Made by a program: the position numbers and the translations under genes. DNA of 63,563 bases, filler included, from Chrysochromulina tobinii (taxonomy: Eukaryota): NCBI GenBank assembly GCA_001275005.1. It is 6 parts of 6 records of this genome, joined end to end, with 100 filler letters (N's around TTAATTAATTAA, not from the genome) between each part and the next. Parts side by side here need not be neighbours in the genome. Positions count along the whole stretch, not along the records: positions 51,705 to 60,761 come from JWZX01000739.1; positions 60,862 to 63,563 come from JWZX01000758.1; 4 more parts are not named here. One strand, given 5' to 3'. Positions 51,982-63,563 of the stretch are shown here, piece by piece (position 1 is the first letter of the stretch; every line of letters begins with the position of its first letter). The notes under the pieces are model-generated. The model was not told the DNA's origin. It ran no database searches and saw only the letters and a list, made by a program, of their open reading frames with translations.

Positions 51982-53772
51982 ATGGCCGCGGCTGCCCCCG
52001 ACATACCGTCGACGGCGTACAGCTCAACGATTGGCAATGTGGTTGTCCCACCACAGTGTGCAGTGGCCAATGCCGCCGCCGCCGCCGGCCAGCGCCCGCA
52101 CCTTCGCTACGGATGGCACGCCAACGCCAACCCCCAGTCCATGAGACCCTACAGCCTGCCAGCAACAAGGGCGAAGGCGATCTGCTTGTCCCCGAAGAAC
52201 CCTCGTCCGCCAGTCCGGCGGTTGATCCAGCTGCAGAATCCGGCGGCGGGGATGGCTGGCGACCGCAGCGACTTCTTCCCTAACCGGCCGATGGATGTAC
52301 GTACGGATGGCACGCGGGCCACCCTCATTCGTGGGTACGGGCCGGCGGAGGGATTCCATCTGGAGCGCTTCTCGACGCTTGGCCGCCCAACTTCGTTTGA
52401 CAGCCACAGCGCGCCGGCCTCGTGGGCTCACTCCACCCATTCTGGCCAGCTGCCAGGCGGCGGCCCGCAAGGCCCAGGCAACCCCAGAATGGCCGCCCAT
52501 ATCCAGAACGGCAAGGTACCGGGTGTGCCGGTGGCCGGCCCCATGGTCATTCGAGAGCAGAGAAACGCCCGTGGCATTCTTGCGGTCAACTGCTGGGATG
52601 GCACCCGGCAGGAGATAGATGTGAGGGACATCGGCCCGGTGATGCTTGATGGCACGGCGAAAAAACTCTCCTTATCCAGAGAGCACTTCTCGGGCGTGCA
52701 GATCTCGGAGTCGATCCTCGGGAACCCGAGGGCGGCGCAGCTGCACAGGAAATCAATCGAGAATGGCGGGCCGGGTTTCAATTCCCACATGCTCACGATC
52801 AAGGCCAATGAGGGTTCGGATGGTGTAAATGTACGAGCTGATTGCCCCCGATTGCATGATGATTGCACATTGATTGCATGCTAATCGCGCCCAGTTCGAA
52901 TCTGCTGTTCACAGGGACTCATCATGGCAAACACCTTCATCCGAACGTGGGCCCTCATGACCGAGCAGCAGAAGAAGGCCCGCGGGCTGGAGTGGATCGT
53001 GGACCTCCTCGTGCAGCTCCCCGACAACTGCACGGTCCCGAAGTACGTCGATGATGACAACGTCGTGCCGCGCAGCGCGCACCTGGGTGTCAATGAGGAC
53101 GCCGCCTCCTCGGTGCAGCCGCAGATTCATTTTGCCCTGGTCTACTTTGGCGTGGCCCCTGAGTTCAGCGAGACAGTTGAGGCCCAAGAGGCGCACTCAG
53201 GAATGTTCGACCTGGTGCTTGAGTGCGGAGGCGATGACTCCATCCTGGTCCCAAAGGCCAAAGCCGACCTGAAGCACGGCCATAGCATCGGCATCTACTA
53301 CTCGGCGGACAATGCCACTGTCGGAATCGGACTTGGCACTTGCTGGCAGGTGAATTACCTCCTCCGTGCGATGAGTTTTCGCAATGGAAGCGGCGGTGTC
53401 GACACCTATTCGAACGCCCGCGACAAGATGGAGAGGATGTCGATAGATGCAGCCTTGTCTCACCACCCAGCCCCGGGCAATGTGCGAGCTGCCGCCGGCC
53501 CTCTCCCGACTGGGATCCGACAGGCAAACTGGCCGCCGCCATTTGACGAGGTCCACAGGTCCCTCACTTACCGCGGGGGGCTCGGCAATCTGAGCCTTCT
53601 CCAGCGGTGGGAGGTGTCTCTGGACACTGTAGCCACCTCAGATTCCAGCGGAGGGGGTTTAGCGGCCGAGGCCCGGGCCGTGGCAGCCGAAGCCCGGGCC
53701 AGCTCAGCTGAGCGTGCCCTCCTAATGGTGCAGCGACAGCTGCAGGCCAGTATGCAGCAGCAGCAGCTGTGA
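51982..53772 (+). CDS. Two-exon hypothetical protein with a probable FHA-like domain
   Basis: GT-AG intron 52831-52914 (containing ctgattgcc and gattgcatg words) joins the two ORFs in frame. LSREH and SDGVNG resemble the FHA SRxH and SxNG motifs. Confidence 0.6.
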
Positions 53773-54225
53773 ACTGACCAACTGACCAACTGGCATGAGG
53801 GGCGGTGGGCATGAGGGGCGGTGGGCATGAGGGGCGACGGGCGACTGAGAGTCCGAGCGGGACGGAGTGCCACTTCGCATGTGAATGCCATCGGAGTGCG
53901 AGCGGGATCGGAGTGCCATGTGAATGCCATCGCGCATCGGAGTGCGAGCTCAACTCGGAGTGAGTGCGAGTTTACGACCATGATCCATGTGAATGAAAAG
54001 CCATGTGTGCGTGTTGGTGTGTTGTGAATGAAAAGCTGGCACTTGAGCGAGGGAGAGCAGTCGCTGTTCAGTGCTGCTTATGGTCCACAAATGCATGTCG
54101 TCCTTGGCGCTCCCGGTATGCGAGTCGGCCAGCGAGCGCTGGGTGCTGTACCTGAAATTGTACCTGAACCTGTTATGTACCTATGCTTGTGTGTGACGTT
54201 TCACGGAATTTGAAATTGCAATTTG

Positions 54226-55908
54226 CTATTTGCAATTTGGAATCTGCAATCTCACTGTATATTTTGTGTGATTAGTCATAATCGATGTTGCGGCAAGGGC
54301 GGCGTGCTTGGTGTACGTGCTCGGCTGCGGCGGGCTTAATGGCGGGCTCGAAGGTGGCGAGGGCGTCAGGAGGTGCGGCGAGCTCGAATGCGGCGGGCTC
54401 GGAGGCGGCGAGGAAGGCGGCGATGGCGGCGGAGAGGGCGGCGGATAGGGCGGCGCCGAGGGCGGCGGCGGTGCAAAGGGTCGGGACGGAGAGGGCAGGG
54501 GCGACGGTGGTAGCGACGGCGGTAGCGACGGCGGTGGCGACGGTGGAGGTGAAGATGGCGGTGAAGGTGGCGGTGAAGGTGGCGGTGGCGAGGGCGAGGG
54601 CGATTTGAGCTTGAGGACATTCCTGCGAGCATTCAGTACGTACCTGATGAGGGAGCCAATCGATGTCAACGAGGCCAATCAAGCTGATGAGGGGGCCAAT
54701 CAAGCTGATGAGAGGTCCAATCGAGCTGATGAGGGGGCCACTCAAGCTGATGAGGGGAGCAATCAAGCTGATGAGGTCTCGTCTTCGAAGGCCTCGTCCT
54801 TGGCAACACCGCCACGGACAACAAGGAAGCCGCCGGCGCCGGCGCCGGCGACCGTCGGTGCGGTCATACGCTTGGTAGCGCCCGTCTCGGCGCCCGAGCC
54901 GCTCTCGGCAAGCGCGCCGTCGGTGAGGTGATGGCGGCGTTGAGGGCTGCAAAGGCCGCAAGCGCGGAGCACGCGAGCACGCGAGCGGCGACGGCGCGGC
55001 ACTCGCCACCCCCAGTGCTCCATCGCGCGATCGACGCACGCAGCAGCGTGTCCTGCTCGGTCGATCGCGCCTCAAGCACGCATGTCGATCGCACCTCAGC
55101 TTGAGCTCGTCCGCTGAAGCGTGGTCCACAGCTCGAGGGCACCTGGGTCGCTGAGCTCGCCTGCATGCAATCAGGGAGAAATCAGAGCGCAATCAGAGCG
55201 CAATCAGAGCGCAATCAGAGGGCATCTGGGTCGCCGAGCTCACCAGCACTCCACACGCAGCGCTCAAACGGAAAGAAGCGCGCGCCCAGCCACATGCCGC
55301 CCGCACTGCACATGCGAGGCCACGTGTCATTTCCGAAGCTCAAGGGCGGGGGCTGAGCGCCGTGCTGAGCGTCCCGATGCTCAGGCGGTCGAGCAGCGTG
55401 CTCACGCGCGCAGCGAGGGGAGTGGGCCTGGGCGCCGAGTTGGGCACCATCCAGTTGTGCGGTGCCCTGATCAGATCCGCGCGGCGCTCGTCCTTGTCCT
55501 CCTCGTCCTCCTCGTCGTCCTCCTCCGTCTCCTCGCCCACGCCGCCACCCTCGCCCTCGCCGCCACCCTCGCCGCGCTCGGCACGCACGAGGAGGGCGCG
55601 CGAGAGACGCGAATACAGCAGACGCGCACAGTCCGCAGGATCAAAGCGATGAGTGAAGCCAAGCAAGAGCGACAGCACCTCCCAAGTCGACTCCTCCGCT
55701 GCTGCCACGCACGCGTCGCTCTCGTCCGCCGCCGCCGCCGCCGCCGCCGCCGCCTCCTCGTCCGCATCCTCGCCCTCGTCCTCGTCCTCGTCGTCGGCAT
55801 GCCGCTCGCCCTCCACTGCAGCGTCCTCGTGGGCGCTCGTCGCGTCCTCGTGGGCGCTCGACTCGTCCGAATCGCTCACGACGTGTGTTTCGTGCCGCCC
55901 GAGTGCTT
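54226..55908 (-). CDS. Multi-exon low-complexity hypothetical gene or remnant ending in an SPPPP (extensin/pherophorin-like) tract
   Basis: Acceptor modules at about 55161 (ctgattgcatgcag) and about 54644 (cctcatcag); acidic and Pro-rich coding-like segments. I could not build a complete reading frame. Confidence 0.35.
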
Positions 55909-56100
55909 TCGACGAACTCCGAGCATGCAAGGGAGGGCCACGTGGAGTCTCGTCACTCGACGAACCCCGAGCAGGCAAGGGAGGGCCACGTGGAGTCTCG
56001 TCACTCGACGAACCCCAAACATGCAAGGGAGGGCCACGTGGAGTCTCGTCACTCGACGAACCCCGAGCAGGCAAGGGAGGGCCACGTGGAGTCTCGTCAC
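55909..56100. repeat. 48-bp minisatellite, 4 copies
   Basis: tcgacgaaccccgagcaggcaagggagggccacgtggagtctcgtcac x4, head to tail, alternating catg/cagg variants. Confidence 0.95.
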
Positions 56101-56329
56101 GTCACGGCTGCTCACGACGCGACCGTCGGTTGGATGGGGTGCAAAGGGACATACGAGGAGCGTGCCTGTGCGCGCGACGCGAGGGTAGAGAGCATCCTCG
56201 CCCCCAGCCACGAGGACGTCGCCGGCGGCGGCGGGACCAGCCGCGCTCACGACGGCGCCGTCGCGAGCATTACGAACGCTGTCGTGAGCGGCCGGTCCGA
56301 GCACCAGATCGTGATGACGTGCCGGCACG

Positions 56330-56976
56330 AGCGTCTCGGGCCGCTCCACCCACGACGGCACGATGTACCCAAAGACGCCGTGTGCCCCATTACAAGCACG
56401 GGCCCGCCGAAGCCCGTCAGGAATGAGTTCGCGCACGGCACCGAGTTCGAGCCGAGGGCCCAGCGGGAGGTCGTGCATGCAATCGGCGTCGTGTCGGTGG
56501 GCTCCGAGTCGGCGGCGGACCCCTGCACCTCGATGCGGCGCGAGAGCAACGCCACCTCGCCCTGCCAAGCGCCGTTCGCGCCGTGCGCAAACTGCGCTGC
56601 CGAGGTGAGCTGGAACGCCGCGCCGGCGGGTGCTCAGCACGAGCACCTCGTTTCGACGGTAATCGCGCGCGTCCTTGAGCGCCGTCGTTGTGAGGAGCAC
56701 CTGCTGCCCGGGCTCCCAGTTGACGGCGCGCTGCAGATAGACCGTCGTATCACCCGGGGACACCGGGGCCGCCAGCCGCGTCCACGTGCGGTAGAAGCGC
56801 TGGCCGTGCAGGTCGAGCGAGCCGGTCGAGGAAACGACGATGCCCTTGAAGGTAGGTGGCAGCGCGTCGCGCTCTGCCTTGGTCGGGGGCCGCGCACCGA
56901 AGAGCGTGATGGTCACACGGGTCGTCAAGCGACACGTCTGCGCCCCAGCACGAAGTGCGCCATCCACCTGGCATCC
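56330..56976 (-). pseudogene. G8-domain (TMEM2/CEMIP/fibrocystin-L-like) gene fragment with a frameshift
   Basis: VDGALRAG..C..ITLFG..KGIVV..GSLDLHG..TWTRLA..VNWEPGQQVLLTTT..NEV, then a frame change to GEVALLSRRIEVQG..GFGG. There is no N-terminus, and homology is lost after the GFGG segment. Confidence 0.7.
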
Positions 56977-59406
56977 ATGTTCATGTACTTACGCCTAAAT
57001 CGAGTGTGAAAAGAACCGTCCTCAAGCAGGAGAACTGCGTATGACCCGTTTTAGCATCACACACACACACCCCGTGCCAGTACCGGTAGCGGTAACTACC
57101 GATACCAAATTTGTCGAACCGCGCGGCGCGAACTGGAATCTGGAATCCACAAGTGAAGCCACCGACAAAGAGCGGCGTGCTACGCTTCGCCGGCGGTGTG
57201 TCGTGTGGCCCACGCCACGATCGCCGCCGCGCTTTCGCCAAGGCCGCTCGCCTCCGTCGTGCTACTACGCTGGGCGCCAGCTCAACCTCCGCCTCGTTGC
57301 GACGCATTGTGACCTTTCGGCGATGTGGAGCGATTAGGAGCGATCGCTACATGCAACAGCTCCTCTCACCGTCATCACTCGACGCCGCCGTGATCACGGC
57401 GGCGTCGAGTGACTTTTGCGTTCCCTTCGGGGGCCGACTGTTATGTACCTCACGGAGAATCTACTCTCGGGTGGCCTCTCCCGCGGTTACATCAGTCGGT
57501 ACCATATGTGTTCAGCCTCGTGCATGATGTGTCGTAGGCCGCATGACCCCCGCATGACCCCCACCGCCACCTCCGTCGCCGCTGTCCGCCGGAGCTCTTC
57601 CGAGAGCTAGGCGTTTAGCCGCCTACATCCCATCCCCCCCCATCCCAGCAAGCATGTCGTCATGGCATGTTCAATGATCATGTTGTGTATGCGTATGGCG
57701 ACGGCGTACCACGATCCCAGAAGTGGTGGCGGGGATGGGGGGGGGCGAAAAACCCAGCCGGTCCTTTTCCAGGTCGCCGCCGCCGCATCATTTCAGCCGA
57801 GCTCGACAGCGGATTGCCAAGTCACTCGGTGGCGGCTCATGCATCGTACGATGCAGCGTTCGAAAGCGTTTTTGCTGAGGGTGCCGCTGCCGTGCATCAC
57901 TCCCCGCACAAACGCGCCCTCGTACTCCGCCTCGACGGCGCGAGGACGCACGATCGGCTCGGAGGTGCGGAGGCGAATTGCGGCAAGGGTGAGTCAGTTC
58001 ACAGCCAATTATGTTTACACTTCGACACCCAAGACACCCACTCTCAAGCCGGAGGCTTGTTTGCGCATCCTCATGTACCCTCGCGTGAAAATGCCCTCTG
58101 AGCTTGACGGGTAAGCGCGCGACTCGCGACCAGTACTGTGAAGCATACGGTAAACCAGTGGCGCGAACAAATATGGCGTCTGCGTCGCTGCCCGCTCTCA
58201 GGGCCTCTCTGGGGATTCCAACCCTTATGCATCTGCACGAAAACCTGAACTCGGAAGATAGGCCCCTCTACGGGGGAGCCCCTGACACTCAGCAATAATG
58301 TGCAGATGCAGAGAGATCTTGACACTCAGCGTTGTATAGGCCACGGGGCTCGGCGCCTCGCAGATAGCATGGCGCGCCGCATCGCGTGGTGCGCGATCCA
58401 TATGGCGCCAGCGTCGCTGCCCACCCTAGCCGCCGCCATGTTCACTGCCACCCTCTCCACCGCCATCGTTTCCGCCATCGCCACCGCCCTCACGGTCCAC
58501 TACCGCCATCGCAATGCACCATTGCCTCCGCCCTCTCCTCCACCCTCGCCTCCGCCATCGCCTCCGCCTCCGCCGCCCCCATTACCCCCACCGTCGCCGC
58601 CACCGCCGCCCCCACCGTCGCCGCCACCGCCGCCGCAACCGTCGCCGCTACCGTCGCCACCCTTTTGAAGGCCACTGGTGAGCTCCGATGACCCCCGATG
58701 ACCCTGATTGGATCCTGATGACCACCGATTACCACTGATGACCTCTGAGCTGACGTCTGGCTCATGCGCTCACAGTTTTTTGACCACGCTTCTCCGCCAC
58801 TGTGGCCGGTCACGACCCGAACGAACTCACACACGACAGTCACACAGATAAACGCACACATGCATGACATATTTCGCGACGACTTTTTCACCGCATCAAC
58901 ACACTCCGCACTCACGAGCACTATCACACACAAAACTTCCGTCTACCCTGCTTTCTGGCTTCCCCCGATCTCAACATGCGTCACGGTCTCTCCTGTCTAC
59001 CTACTGGAAAACAGGCCCCGTTTACGAATCAGTTCTACTCTGAACTCTCGTCGGTTATAATTCACGAGCACCCAGTTCACAGCCAACGGTTATAATTCGA
59101 CACCGGAGCGGCCTACAAACAGAACGTCCCGTCACTGAAGCGCGACGCGAAACTCGACTGCGCGCCACCCGCCGAATTTCGAGATCACACAGACGGTCTT
59201 CACAGAAATGCATTATTTTGGTCGCACGGTCGTGATTTCTGGTTTCCCAGAACCGGGGGTTGCCCCTCGGCATTGTCACTCAAAACTGTGGGCCCTCCGC
59301 TCGGGAGGTTTCACGAGAATCCGGTGGGCCCTGAGGCCGATACAACGCGCTCGACCTCCTTTTGCATGCTTCGTCGCTCGCGGGCCATCGCGAGTGTGGC
59401 TCCGTC

Positions 59407-59723
59407 ATGGAAGTCTCCCTCGAAGTCCTAGACGACCTAGTGGCTAGGAACAAGAGCTGCGAGTTGTGCTCTCGTCCATTCCTGGGCGAGTCGCCAGAGT
59501 GCCCAACCTGCCACCGCTTAAAGAAGTGGAAGCGAGGCCACGGCGAGACACTGCGTGCAGTTGACACCACCCCGCTGCCAGGTAGCCAGGAGGGCGACGA
59601 TGAGGACAGCGGCGACGATTCTTACGACGCCACGACGCCGCCCGAGAAGAATGCTCCTTTGGTTCCACCTGGACAGCGCCCAACAGGAGTATGCGCCCAG
59701 GCACTGCTCGGCCTGTTTCCGTT

Positions 59724-59758
<35 letters not shown>

Positions 59759-60090
59759 CACCGCCGCCGCGTCCTTCGTCGACGTTTGCGATGCGGGCCT
59801 TCGCCATCTTCTCGCAGGCTCCAACCTCGTCGAGCTCCGCCTCGAGCGCCACCGCCTCGACGTTCGCGCTCGAGACAACTGCCACCATCGTGCCAGGAGC
59901 GGCGGATGCGCCGTCGCTGAACGAGCCAAGCACCCCATCGGTGGAGCCAGTGGAGCTGCTGTCTGAAGCAGACGCTCCCTCACCTACCACCCCTTCAAAG
60001 GTTCAAAGCATGACTGGCCACTTCCGGGACCGCCGTAGCCGAGCACCGATGCTAGTGCGACGCTCGCCGCTCGGCCGGCTGCCGCAGTGA
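59407..60090 (+). CDS. Hypothetical protein with a CxxC-CxxC zinc-ribbon-like motif and poly-Q
   Basis: CELCSRPFLGESPECPTC and a (CAG)n tract at about 59725-59757. Confidence 0.5.
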
Positions 60091-60417
60091 GTGACTCTGA
60101 GTGCGTGTCAGTGAGTGAATGAGAGAGAGAGAGAGTGGGTGAGTATCTCGACCTGTACTCCATATTGTACCACGGTGCGTCTGTGTCTCAATAACTCACT
60201 CACTCAATAACGCTTAACGGTCAGAGAGTGTTCATGCCCACATTTTCATTTAAACGTGATTAAAACATTAAAATCAGAGCATTTGCGTTATGACGAACGC
60301 GATTTTTGCCGAGGGTCGGGTGAAAACCCCCCAATGTTACCGCCAATGTTGCCGCCGGCTTTCGCCACGGCCGTTGTCTGCGCGAGAGAGCACACACGAT
60401 CGCTACGCCTCGGTGTA

Positions 60418-60761
60418 TCACTCGGGTCCCGACGACGACAACCCATGCCCCCCCTCCGCCGTTGCGCGCTCAACGGTCGGCTTCAACAACTGGACCGTGA
60501 TTTGAACCTGCGCAGTCTCCGGGAAGCGCTCGAGATGGCTGTCCACGTCCTGCACCAAGCTGACACTGAAGTTCGGGTCCAAGGGCCTGCTCAGCGTCAC
60601 CTTGCACTTGAGCTTCACCTTATTCCAGTCGTACGGCATGTACTCGTCACTCGAGCCCGCCTCAGTCACCGCGGCCGACTTGACGTGCAAGTCCACGACG
60701 CCCGTCGGGTCGGACATGGAGTCCAGCACCCAGCCACGCTCCTGCTTCTCCTTTCAGGTTG
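60418..60761 (-). CDS. C-terminal part of a hypothetical protein, 5' truncated
   Basis: Frame open from the linker to TGA at 60418 with GC3-rich codons. Confidence 0.5.
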
Positions 60762-60861
60762 NNNNNNNNNNNNNNNNNNNNNNNNNNNNNNNNNNNNNNN
60801 NNNNNTTAATTAATTAANNNNNNNNNNNNNNNNNNNNNNNNNNNNNNNNNNNNNNNNNNNN
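60762..60861. other. Artificial contig linker
   Basis: 44 N + TTAATTAATTAA + 44 N. Confidence 0.99.
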
Positions 60862-60862
60862 C

Positions 60863-63563
60863 GTCGCCTCAGCCGCGACCACGCAGGACGGCCAGGCTCG
60901 ATCGATCGACGAATCCAAGGTCGTCGAGAACAACGATGTGCGCTCTAACGTCTACGCGCGCGTCGACTCGACCTACTCGCTGGGCACGTACGACGGCGTA
61001 AGCTGGATGGGCTCGTACCAGAGTGGCCTCATGCCGATGGGCAGCGAGGTGGTGAACAACACGCACCTCTTCGGCTACTCGTCGTGCCAGGTCCTCGGCG
61101 CGTGCTCGCGAAGCAACCTACCCGGCTCCGCGTGCCAGGGCGGCCCCAACAACGGCTCCTGCTACCAGTCTTCCACTTCCGCGATCCTCACCTGCGGTCG
61201 CCTCATCGAGACCTTTGACCACTTCGGCCCGGGCGTCAACCCTCCGATCCACGTGGACGCGACGGCGCGCTCGTGCCCGCGCGGCACGCCCGGCGGCGCC
61301 ACGGGCAGGATCCACACCGTCAAGCGCTTCCTGTACGCCGGCTGTATGCTCTCGTCGGACGCCAAGTACGAGCCGGCGGCCGAGGTGCACGTGCCCGCCA
61401 TGTGCGCGGTCCCGCTGCACTGGCGGCAGGGCTGCCTGTTCCCGGGCGCGCTCAACTACATGCCCGGCGCCAAGGAGTCGGGCCGATGCTACTACAAGAC
61501 CGTGGGCTGCATGGACTCCACCGCGATCAACTACAACTCCGAGGCTACCGACAGCGACGGCAGCTGCATCGCGAAGGTGCTCGGCTGCACCGTCGGCCCG
61601 GGGCAATACTCGGGCGTCGACCCGAGAACACCCGGCTTCGAGTCGACGTTCCATGACGACCCCGGCCGGACGGATGGCGGCAGCGGCCGGGTCGTGCTGG
61701 CGGGTAATCGTCGCTACCCCGCCATGACCACGTACAACGAGGCGGCCAACGTCATGTCTGGCTGCGTCGTGGCCATCGAAGGCTGCATGGACTCGACGGC
61801 GGCCAACTACGACCCGCTCGCTACTGTCAGCACGCTGTCGTGGTGCGTCCCCTCTGTCAGGGGCTGCATGGACCCACTCGCCTTCAACTATAGCCCGATG
61901 ACGACCATCCACAATCAGACGCTCTGCAGCTACCAGGGCGGCTGCATGGACCGATCGGCGATCAACTATGACCCCAAGGCCAACGCGGCGGGCCCGTGCT
62001 ACTTTTCCCGGTCGGGCTGCCTCGACCCGGCCGCGCTCAACTTCCGCTGCTCCGCGTACGCGCTCACCCCGTGCTCCGTAGCCCCCGCGCTGTCCGTCAC
62101 GGTGCACAGCGCGGTCGTCTGCACCATGTCGCCTCCGCCGCCTTTCACCTTGCCGCTGCCCTCGCCGCCGCCACTGCCGCCGCCTCCTTCGCCATCGCCG
62201 CCGCCCTCACCTTCACCGCCGCCTCCCTCGCCGCCGCCGGCCGGCTGCACGAACACCGCCGCGTATAACTACCGCCCCTTCGCCAGAACCGACGACGGCT
62301 CATGCATCATCGGCGGGTGCACCGACTCGCGCTTCCCCGAATACAATCCGGCGGCCAGGTTCGACAACGGCGGATGCGCTCCGCCCGTCCCGGGCTGCAC
62401 GAACACGGCGGCCTTCAACTACCAGGCGAGCGCCACCTACTGCCCCACGGGTAACTGCTGCGTCTTCCCCGTGGTTGGATGCATGAACTCGGACGCCCTC
62501 AACTACAACCCGACCGCCACGTTCAGCAATGCAAACACCCATCCATGCCATCCCCGCGTCCGGGGCTGCACGAACTCGACAGCAGCCAACTACAACGCGC
62601 TCTACAACACCCCACTCCCAACCTCGTGCATCTTCTTGGGCTGCATGAACTCGCGTGACACCAGGTACTCTTCGATGGCGACGATCGACAATGGCTCGTG
62701 CCCGAACAACCCAGGCTGCATCGAGACTGGTGCGCTCAACTACAATGCGGTCTACAACGTGCGGCTGAATGGCTCTTGCTCTTACGGCGGCTGCACCGAC
62801 TCCACCTATGCCAACTACAGCGCGCAGAACACCTTCTTCATCCCGGGCTCGTGCGCGACGTTAGGCGGGCAAGGCCGCCGCCTCGAGGAGGACGCTCCGG
62901 GTCGCCGGATGCAGGCGTCGGGCTGCATGGACCCGGCCGCATCGACCTATTCGGCCACAGCCGCGTCGCACCTTCAGTCCGATTGCACGTACCACGTCCT
63001 GGGCTGCAAGAACACCGACGCGTTCAATTACCTGGCGTTGGCCACGGCGGGCAACCCAACTGCCAACACGTCGTGCATCGCGAGTGTCACCGGCTGCATG
63101 TCGCCCACGGCCATCAACTACAACAGCACTGCCAACACCGCTGGCACGTGCACGTACCCCGTCCAGGGTTGCATGAACTCTGCCGCCAGCAACTACATGC
63201 CCACGGCCAACGTCAACGCCGCCTCTTTGTGCACGTACATCATCAGCGGCTGCACGACCCCTCAGGCGCTGAACTACAACCCCTCGGCCACCGTCGACAA
63301 TGGCTGCCAGTTTCCGGTGAGGGGCTGTCCAATCCCGACGGCGTCGAATTATGTGGCCGACGTCACGGCTGGGTTCAACACCACGTGCGTTTACAACGTC
63401 CCGGGCTGCAAGTTTGCGGAGGCATCCAACTACAACCCGAGTGCCACGGTTGACAACGGCAGCTGCGTCGTGGCATCGCCGCCGCCGAAGCCGCCGCCGC
63501 CGTCGCCCCCGCCGCCGCCGTCGCCCCTACAGCCCCCCCCGCCGCCGTCGCCGTCGCCGCCGA
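60863..63563 (+). CDS. Extracellular Cys-rich repeat protein with about 23 GC(M/T)(D/N)xxAxNYxxxAxxxxGSC repeats and poly-Pro linkers; partial at both ends
   Basis: Frame starting at 60863 appears open to the window end, so the ORF track misses it. Examples: GCMDSTAINYNSEATDSDGSC (61505), GCTNTAAYNYRPFARTDDGSC (62243), GCKFAEASNYNPSATVDNGSC (63404). Confidence 0.88.

Noticed and set aside
55909..56100. 48-bp repeat as a CRISPR array
   Set aside because: The copies are head to tail with no spacers.
61118..63453. ORF-track calls 61118-62107 (-) and 62698-63453 (+)
   Set aside because: They are off-frame or antisense to the Cys-rich repeat frame starting at 60863.

Overview
The window is GC-rich eukaryotic DNA. 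Gene content and intron style suggest a haptophyte (Chrysochromulina-like) alga; this is an inference. It holds six unrelated contigs joined by artificial 100-nt linkers (44 N + TTAATTAATTAA + 44 N): 1-16238, 16339-25623, 25724-36929, 37030-51604, 51705-60761 and 60862-63563. Recognisable genes are a CHASE-domain sensor (partial), a 19-exon four-domain voltage-gated cation channel with a D/E/D/D filter, a membrane-anchored EEP-family protein, an 11-exon ARM/coiled-coil protein, an NLRC3-like LRR protein, a catalytically degenerate HhH-GPD glycosylase fused to ankyrin repeats, an FkbM-like methyltransferase, NUFIP1-like, Tudor, Sel1 and FHA-like proteins, a 9.4-kb frameshifted IPT/TIG-lectin surface protein, a G8 fragment and a Cys-rich GCxD/N...NY repeat protein. 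The strongest signal is the intron architecture. Introns are assembled from (i) duplicated copies of their own flanking exon ends and splice sites, including 43-52 nt copies of the spliced exon-exon junction, (ii) two shared branch-point/acceptor modules reused across genes and contigs, and (iii) sense-strand microsatellites whose units carry a branch-point-like YTGAY/CTCAC word. This looks like a duplication-plus-module route of intron creation. All exon models were read by hand and are frame-consistent, but none is confirmed by transcripts.
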